Virus record (IMG/VR): IMGVR_UViG_3300029286_003722
Coordinates: 1-43,136 of that record
Origin: a virus
Lineage: Duplodnaviria; Caudoviricetes
DNA length: 43,136 nucleotides
Direction: 5' to 3' (one strand)
The position numbers and the translations under genes were made by a program. This document shows, piece by piece, positions 37,590-43,136 of this stretch. Positions within the stretch are counted from its first letter, which is position 1, and each line of letters begins with the position of its first letter. The notes under the pieces were generated by a model. That model was given only the letters and a program-made list of their open reading frames with translations. It was not told the origin of the DNA and ran no database searches.

Positions 37590-37740
37590 GATTCACCACG
37601 AGTGCTGTCGTGGCCACAGATCCCCGGCTTTTTCGCTGGTCTCCCGGTAGCCCACCGGTCAATGGGGGTTGATGCGCCCCTGCCAGACTCGCTTACTATT
37701 TCAGACCTTTTTTTTACGCCACCCATACGGGCCGACGTTT
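37590..37740 (-). ncRNA. Structured non-coding spacer (several hairpins)
   Basis: Stems ACGTCGGCCC/GGGTGGCGT and CCACGA/TCGTGG. GGGG/CCCC and CCGGT/ACCGG hairpins are enclosed by CTGG/CCAG. No convincing ORF. Confidence 0.45.
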
Positions 37741-37802
37741 TAAATGAAGTGGGAATTGCACCCACACAGATGGATGGATCCACCTGTCGGCTTTGTTCAT
37801 CT
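37741..37802 (-). ncRNA. Mini tRNA-like element A (62 nt)
   Basis: AGATGAA/TTCATTT+A closing stem, unpaired 8-nt linker, 9-bp hairpin and T-arm-like GTGGG-TGCAATT-CCCAC. Confidence 0.5.
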
Positions 37803-37804
37803 CT

Positions 37805-38155
37805 TTACCGTTTGGATTTAGATTCCGCGACAAAACGCTTTCTCTCCGCTTCTAGATGCTCATGCCACATCTCAATTCTTTTTTTAGGATCGATAGATCG
37901 CCAGGATAGGTATTCTTCAAGAGGCCATCGGATGGATCCTGCCGGAAAAGCAGACTGTCCAAATCTTGGAAGAAGATAGGCTTCTGTTTGGTATAGTTGC
38001 CGAGAAGAGACGTTTTCCATTTTTGCCACATCCTTCACCCGAACTATCTTGGGAAGACAGTTGCTATCGGCATAAAGCTGGATCAGCGCTCTCACTTCGC
38101 CTAATTCCTTTCTAAGTTGCTGAAAATCCTCTTTGGTTGCGATTTCAACACTCAC
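37805..38155 (-). CDS. Excisionase/AlpA-like HTH protein
   Basis: IVRVKDVAKMENVSSRQLY...LP......IRW..EE...W winged-HTH pattern. GTG start with GGAGGAG RBS. Confidence 0.65.
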   Translation of the reverse strand: MSVEIATKEDFQQLRKELGEVRALIQLYADSNCLPKIVRVKDVAKMENVSSRQLYQTEAYLLPRFGQSAFPAGSIRWPLEEYLSWRSIDPKKRIEMWHEHLEAERKRFVAESKSKR

Positions 38156-38251
38156 CTTTTCTCCTCCCTTGATTTTTCTATGGACCCCTCCTCCACCTGT
38201 GGTATGATTGATCTCTCAACATCTATCAGCCACAAGGCGAAGGAGGCAGAA

Positions 38252-38473
38252 ATGCCTAGTAATATGAGTGGGATGCCGTGCTTTGATGATGCGGTGCATA
38301 CACCAATGACATGCCCGTTCTGTAAGAAACCCCTGAAATTCGAACTGTTCCCAGAGGAACAAGTTCCCACAACAATCAATGACATCGCCATTACAGGGAC
38401 TCTTCTCTTCTGTTCAAATCCTGAGTGCCGGAAATTGCTTGGGATAGTGGAGAGCAAGATATCTGAACATTAG
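38252..38473 (+). CDS. Small zinc-ribbon protein antisense to the early operon (73 aa)
   Basis: AAGGAGG RBS at 38240-38246. CPFC...CSNPEC motif. Extended -10 TGnTATGAT at 38200-38208. Confidence 0.7.
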   Translation: MPSNMSGMPCFDDAVHTPMTCPFCKKPLKFELFPEEQVPTTINDIAITGTLLFCSNPECRKLLGIVESKISEH

Positions 38474-38717
38474 GTCTTCCAGGTTCCGCATACCGGAATA
38501 CAATCCTGATATCGTTAACCTGCAATCCTATGGAAGTGAAAGCATCGATGATTCCTTTGTAGACAGATCCTCCTTCGTTCGTTGTATTCATCAGGAAGTC
38601 TAGATTTTCTCCGGCACTCGGAATCAGAGCATCTCCAGCGTAAATCTGGAATCCACAAGGTTTGATAGCCTCGTTCAGCCCTGCGTATCTTTGAGCCATT
38701 AATTCTACGTATCTCAT
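38391..38717 (-). CDS. Hypothetical early protein (108 aa)
   Basis: AAGGAG RBS at 38725-38730 and ATG at 38717. Its 3' end overlaps the antisense zinc-ribbon gene. Confidence 0.55.
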   Translation of the reverse strand: MRYVELMAQRYAGLNEAIKPCGFQIYAGDALIPSAGENLDFLMNTTNEGGSVYKGIIDAFTSIGLQVNDIRIVFRYAEPGRPNVQISCSPLSQAISGTQDLNRREESL

Positions 38718-38721
38718 ATCT

Positions 38722-38961
38722 CTACTCCTTAGACGTAAAAGAGGCGCCCTCCCCCTGTGACTGATCACGGGGAGAAGACGCCTCTTGTTTTAATGATGAA
38801 AGGACTGACTGGGCTTTCTCGACAATCGCCCGGCGATAGAACTCGGTCTTCCTGAGTCCTAATATCTGACAAGCACTTGATATTTCTTTGCGATCCTCAG
38901 TTGAGAATGGCGATACCCATATCTGTTTCTTGTCTACCGTTGTATACCTTGACTGTTCCAT
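38722..38961 (-). CDS. Cro-position regulator, ribbon-helix-helix-like (79 aa)
   Basis: First gene of the lytic operon. Beta-strand QIWV, then helices EDRKEISSACQILG and KTEFYRRAI. Apparently leaderless. Confidence 0.65.
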   Translation of the reverse strand: MEQSRYTTVDKKQIWVSPFSTEDRKEISSACQILGLRKTEFYRRAIVEKAQSVLSSLKQEASSPRDQSQGEGASFTSKE

Positions 38962-39032
38962 GCAGTCATTATTGTCTACGATTGGAGTAATGTCAAGATA
39001 AATACATCTTTTTTTATCGACAAATGTAGACA
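38931..39032. promoter_or_regulatory. Three operators, consensus TGTCTAC-N4-GTAGACA, at 42-bp spacing
   Basis: 38931 TGTCTAC-CGTT-GTATACC; 38973 TGTCTAC-GATT-GGAGTAA; 39015 TATCGAC-AAAT-GTAGACA. Confidence 0.75.
38968..38996 (-). promoter_or_regulatory. Early lytic promoter
   Basis: TTGACA-17 bp-AATAAT, 6 nt upstream of ATG 38961. Confidence 0.7.
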
Positions 39033-39045
39033 CGTTACGTATACT
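39017..39045 (+). promoter_or_regulatory. Repressor maintenance promoter
   Basis: TCGACA-17 bp-TATACT, 6 nt upstream of ATG 39052. Confidence 0.75.
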
Positions 39046-39051
39046 GTTACC

Positions 39052-39426
39052 ATGAAAATTGATGCTGAGAAATTCTGGGCTCGTTTTGACGAACTCAAGG
39101 ATAAAAGTGGACGTACTATCCTAAAACTCTGTGAGTTGGATCCTGATCTTGTCTACAGGACAATCACCCAACAGCGAACAAGAAGAATCACCCCCAGCAT
39201 TGAGGTGATCGCTTCTTTTTCTAGAGTATTCAACGTCTCAATTGATTTCCTCGTCACCGGTGCGGATCCCAAACCTGCACCGAGGATCATGACCACCTTC
39301 ACCGAGAGCAAAACCCTCATGAGTATCGCCCATGCACTGGCAAAGGCCGATCAGCGACAGATCGATGCCGTGCAACTCATCCTGGGTGTTCCCCCAAGAG
39401 AGGAGTCAAGTAAAGTCCTTGCGTGA
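39052..39426 (+). CDS. XRE-family HTH prophage repressor (no S24 peptidase domain)
   Basis: PSIEVIASFSRVFNVSIDFLVTG HTH signature. Divergent from the lytic operon. Confidence 0.88.
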   Translation: MKIDAEKFWARFDELKDKSGRTILKLCELDPDLVYRTITQQRTRRITPSIEVIASFSRVFNVSIDFLVTGADPKPAPRIMTTFTESKTLMSIAHALAKADQRQIDAVQLILGVPPREESSKVLA

Positions 39427-39544
39427 TCCTACAGTTCCCGGATATACGTCTTATAAAATAATGGTATTCTCGCATATTTCAAGCCTTTTTTGTTGACTTC
39501 GTGATGTTTCGATTGCACAATACACATATCCAAGAGGAAGCGGA

Positions 39545-39742
39545 ATGGATCTGGAATGCAGGCAGGAGACTCGACAGGATAGGCCACAAGAGAAAACCAC
39601 TACTGGATCCATCTGCAGGAAAACCGGCTGCTATTCGTGTTCAATACATAGATACAGAGCAATCTGGCTTGAGAAGGGAAAACGCTTCCCACCCTGCATG
39701 GGTGTAAGAGGTGGTCATGGGGCGAGGTGGGAGGAGGTGTAG
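39545..39742 (+). CDS. Small Cys/His protein (YjzC-like)
   Basis: TG.IC.KTG.Y.C..H......KG..FPPC.......W pattern. GAGGA RBS. Possible TTGACT-17-CACAAT promoter at 39493-39521. Confidence 0.6.
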   Translation: MDLECRQETRQDRPQEKTTTGSICRKTGCYSCSIHRYRAIWLEKGKRFPPCMGVRGGHGARWEEV

Positions 39743-40027
39743 GTTCTTCAGGATGGAGATTTATCTATGCTCTATGTAGTATGAGAGGAGCCTTCGCAAC
39801 AATGATAAATCAAATATCCGTTGGTTTTGGCATTGATATTAAAGATAATTTAGCTAATATTTTATCACTTGAAAAACCGGGAGAAATAAAACTGTAAATT
39901 CCATGTGAGGCTAGATATTGAGGACCTGTCCAACAGAAAATAATAACCTATTACTATAACTTTCTTGGCTTATAATTGGGATGTATCTTTCTCAACAATA
40001 AAGGTGTACAACATTTTAGGAAATAAA

Positions 40028-41287
40028 ATGACAATTAACCATATATACAACGCAGATTCGAGAAGCATTTCTGAAGTGTTAAACTGTGGAGAAGTGGTCA
40101 ATACAACCATTACATCTCCTCCGTATTTTGATATGAAAGATTATGGAAGTGAAAACCAAATCGGTTTTGGTCAAGAATATGAAGAATACCTTGAGGACCT
40201 GAAATTAGTTTTCCAAAATATTTATAATATTACAAAGGAAGATGGATCCCTGTGGATTGTAATAGATACTTTTAAAAAAGAGAAAAGCGTTGTACCTCTC
40301 CCCTTTGATCTGGTATCAAAATTAATAGGTATAGGATGGAAATTAAAAGATATCATCATTTGGAAAAAAGATAAAACCGTTCCTTGGTCTACAAAGGGTT
40401 TTGTACAAAGAAAGTTTGAATACATCCTTTTTTTTTCCAAGACAGATAATTTCAAATACAATATTGACCGGGTACGAGCGTACGATACATCCCATTTAAA
40501 AAGATGGTGGGTTAAATATCCTGAAAGATATAATCCTAAAGGTAAAGCTATAGATGAAGTCTGGGAATATCCAATCCCAACTCAAGGATCGTGGGGAAAT
40601 AAATATATACGACATTTTTGTCCTCTTCCAATTGAGATGGTGGGGAACATGATTCAACTAACAACAGATGAAGGTGATTTAGTGTTGGATCCATTTTCTG
40701 GAAGTGGCTCTGTTCCAGCACAAGCATGTTTTATGAAACGTAATTATGTTGGGTTCGAGTTAAATAAATCTTACATTGATATGTTTGAGGATTATATTAA
40801 TAACTCATTTACTGTTGAAAGAAAAAAATATAATTTGTTGTGTGAAAATGATGATCAGTCTCAATTTGAGATCACAATAATGGAATTGAGATGTTTAAAA
40901 TATGCCAGACTATTAAGAAATTATATTAAAAAATCCATAGACATTAGTAACATTATAATTTTTACTGAATTCGTAAGAAAGATTGAAGAATCCAATAAAA
41001 TCATTGATGCAAATTTTATAGTTTGTTGCGATCATAATGAAACAATATTAAAACCAATCATCGACCAAGTCGTAAAAAGACCTCCATTATCGAAATTTGG
41101 CATCAAACCGTCAATTTTCTTTCACGAACCAATAAATAAAGATTTTATGTCTGGAAAAGAAATGTTTGGCTATACCTCTACAAATTCTCATTCAACTTTT
41201 GGAGAGGTAAATTATGAAGATTTAGATAAACGATGTGCGGTAATTTCTCCTATTAAAATGATGATCAATGAAAATGATTATAATTAA
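40028..41287 (+). CDS. Beta-class N4-C/N6-A DNA methyltransferase with C-terminal extension
   Basis: Catalytic TSPPY (40112-40126) precedes SAM-binding DPFSGSG (40688). IIWKK and HFCP motifs. About 150 extra C-terminal residues. ATG at 40028 with AGGA RBS. Confidence 0.92.
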   Translation: MTINHIYNADSRSISEVLNCGEVVNTTITSPPYFDMKDYGSENQIGFGQEYEEYLEDLKLVFQNIYNITKEDGSLWIVIDTFKKEKSVVPLPFDLVSKLIGIGWKLKDIIIWKKDKTVPWSTKGFVQRKFEYILFFSKTDNFKYNIDRVRAYDTSHLKRWWVKYPERYNPKGKAIDEVWEYPIPTQGSWGNKYIRHFCPLPIEMVGNMIQLTTDEGDLVLDPFSGSGSVPAQACFMKRNYVGFELNKSYIDMFEDYINNSFTVERKKYNLLCENDDQSQFEITIMELRCLKYARLLRNYIKKSIDISNIIIFTEFVRKIEESNKIIDANFIVCCDHNETILKPIIDQVVKRPPLSKFGIKPSIFFHEPINKDFMSGKEMFGYTSTNSHSTFGEVNYEDLDKRCAVISPIKMMINENDYN

Positions 41288-41297
41288 AGGATAACAA

Positions 41298-43136
41298 ATG
41301 ACCAAAAAAATCAAAAGGAATAAAAAGCGTGTATTGACTCCTGACCAAAAAAAAGATAAAGAGAAAAAAGACTATATCAAATTAGTTCAACATATTCTTC
41401 TTTCGATGGGATTTAAGAGAATCAAAGATGTTTCAGATAAAAACTTTTTCTATAAAGAAAGACAAACAGAATTGGATGATATTTTTATTTTAGAAAATTT
41501 AATTATCTTTACAGAATATACTAGTAGAAAAGATCCAGAAGCTCATTTGAAAAATAAAAATTTTATTTATGATAGAATTATAAAAAATAAAAGGGATTTT
41601 TTAACATTTTTAACAACTGAAAATACTTTTCCTGAACTTTCAGAATTAGTTAAAAGTATTGATTGTAAATTTCAAGTCACTCAGTTTCAACTTTCAATAT
41701 TATACTGTTCTAGATATAAGGTTGAAGATGAATATAAAAAAATAATGGTTGATGGCATTAAATATTTTGACTTTCCAGTTGTTAAATATTTTGAGTCATT
41801 AGTAAATGTTATTAAAAAAACTGCAATATTTGATTTTTTAGATTTTTTATCAATTGAGTCCAAACAATTTGGTGATAATATTTTTAAAGCAGCATCATAT
41901 AGTAGTAGCAGTTATGAAGCACAAATATTACCAGAAGATCGTAGTTTATTTTCAAGAGGACAAAAAATTATTTCATTCTATATTGATGCTCAATCTTTAT
42001 TAAAGAGAGCTTATGTACTTCGAAGAGATGGATGGAAAAATTGCGAGAATATTGGCCATTACCAAAGAATGCTAGTCACAAAAAAAATTAATAGTATGAG
42101 GAAATATTTATCTGAAAAAGAAAGGGTTTTTGTCAACAATATTATTACCACAATTTCGACAAAGGATATTAGTTTACTTGATAAAGATGACAATGAGATA
42201 AAATTAAAACCAAATGGTGAATATGAAGAAGGAAATCAAAATAATCTTCCAGTTAAAGTACAAATTCCAGACAAACCAAATATTATTGGGATCATTGATG
42301 GACAACACAGAACCTATTCATATTATGAAGGCAGTGATATATATGAGCCTAAAATTGCTAAATTTAGAAGAGCTCATAATTTATTAATCACTACAATACT
42401 ATCCCCTATAACTTGGAATGATGATCAAAGAATAAAATTCGAGGCTGATCTTTTTATGGAGATAAACTCAAATCAGACTAGTGCGGAAGGACTTCTTAAA
42501 CAAGAGATTGAATTAATTATTCATCCATACTCACCCATTGCTATTGCTAAGCGAGTTCTAAATATTTTAAAATCAGATGGTCCACTATCAGGATTACTTG
42601 AGAATTATTGGTATGACTATAATTCAATAAAAACAACTACAATCGTAAGTTATGGTTTAAAGCCTCTAACAAGACTTGATAGTAGTGATAGCATATTCAC
42701 TGTTTGGGATCATCCTGAAAAAAATAAGATAGAAGGAACTAAAGATACTGAAACTAGCGCATTGCTCGATTTATATATTAAGTTTGCTGCAAAAACAATT
42801 AATAATATTCTCTCGGGATATGAAATCAACCTCTCTACTAAGGAATATACATTGTGGAGATTAAGTAAGAATTTTCCTGATGGGATTTTATCTGTTTCTT
42901 CAGTCATTGGGATGTTTAATTCCTTGCGACTTCTAATTAGAAACGAGAAACACGTATATAATTTTGATAAATATAAGGAAATTTTTAAGGATGTGTATGA
43001 TTTTAAATTTAAAGACTACAAATCTAGTCAATATATGAAAATGGGGGAAGCTCTACATAAAAGATTTTTTACAAATCAAACTCCAAGTAATGATGATGCA
43101 AATAAAGTTCTTGATAACCCGACAATATTAACTTAA
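41298..43136 (+). CDS. DGQHR (DndB/ParB-Srx-like) domain protein with N-terminal restriction-endonuclease-like region
   Basis: YQRML, IIDGQHR (DGQHR at 42297-42311) and LFMEINSNQ motifs. N-terminal ELDDIF...IIFTEYT resembles PD-(D/E)XK. Starts 10 bp after the MTase. Confidence 0.85.
   Translation: MTKKIKRNKKRVLTPDQKKDKEKKDYIKLVQHILLSMGFKRIKDVSDKNFFYKERQTELDDIFILENLIIFTEYTSRKDPEAHLKNKNFIYDRIIKNKRDFLTFLTTENTFPELSELVKSIDCKFQVTQFQLSILYCSRYKVEDEYKKIMVDGIKYFDFPVVKYFESLVNVIKKTAIFDFLDFLSIESKQFGDNIFKAASYSSSSYEAQILPEDRSLFSRGQKIISFYIDAQSLLKRAYVLRRDGWKNCENIGHYQRMLVTKKINSMRKYLSEKERVFVNNIITTISTKDISLLDKDDNEIKLKPNGEYEEGNQNNLPVKVQIPDKPNIIGIIDGQHRTYSYYEGSDIYEPKIAKFRRAHNLLITTILSPITWNDDQRIKFEADLFMEINSNQTSAEGLLKQEIELIIHPYSPIAIAKRVLNILKSDGPLSGLLENYWYDYNSIKTTTIVSYGLKPLTRLDSSDSIFTVWDHPEKNKIEGTKDTETSALLDLYIKFAAKTINNILSGYEINLSTKEYTLWRLSKNFPDGILSVSSVIGMFNSLRLLIRNEKHVYNFDKYKEIFKDVYDFKFKDYKSSQYMKMGEALHKRFFTNQTPSNDDANKVLDNPTILT

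Larger units (their letters stand above)
1..43136. mobile_element. Temperate podovirus-like prophage (partial; both ends outside window)
   Basis: Contiguous lysis, tail, head, packaging, replication and immunity modules in phage order. Divergent repressor switch at about 39 kb. No integrase or att site seen. Whether the AT-rich genes beyond 39.9 kb lie inside the prophage is inferred from position only. Confidence 0.9.

Noticed and set aside
38152-38457. 101-aa minus-strand ORF
   Set aside because: It is antisense to the better-supported zinc-ribbon gene and has no RBS.
1-43136. CRISPR array, rRNA, IS element, intron or intein
   Set aside because: No spaced direct repeats, transposase motifs or interrupted core genes were recognised by eye.

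Overview
The window holds most of a temperate, podovirus-type (BPP-1/epsilon15/T7-like head-tail module) prophage. Neither end is included: no integrase, att site or endolysin is visible. One long minus-strand gene run spans about 38.96 kb to base 1. It starts at the genetic switch and continues through an Xis-like gene, an early island with a Tad1-family anti-defence sponge and three tRNA-like RNAs, and recombination and replication genes (Sak4-like AAA, exonuclease, RusA, SSB, NinG, replisome organiser with iterons, DnaC-like loader). It then covers terminases, portal, scaffold, capsid, tail tube A/B, internal virion proteins including a 3191-aa polyvalent protein, three tail-fibre proteins and holin-like genes. 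On the plus strand are an XRE repressor, a small Cys-rich gene and an AT-rich two-gene cargo (beta-class DNA methyltransferase plus a nuclease-like/DGQHR protein). The most interesting signals are: (1) the giant virion protein reads as a polyprotein, with a HExxH peptidase followed by five effector cassettes bounded by six [LM][FY]Q motifs; (2) tRNA-like RNAs with non-canonical anticodon arms punctuate the Tad1 island; (3) the MTase + DGQHR pair is a candidate defence system; (4) the tail-fibre proteins look linked by donor-strand complementation. All family assignments come from motif recognition by eye, not from database searches.
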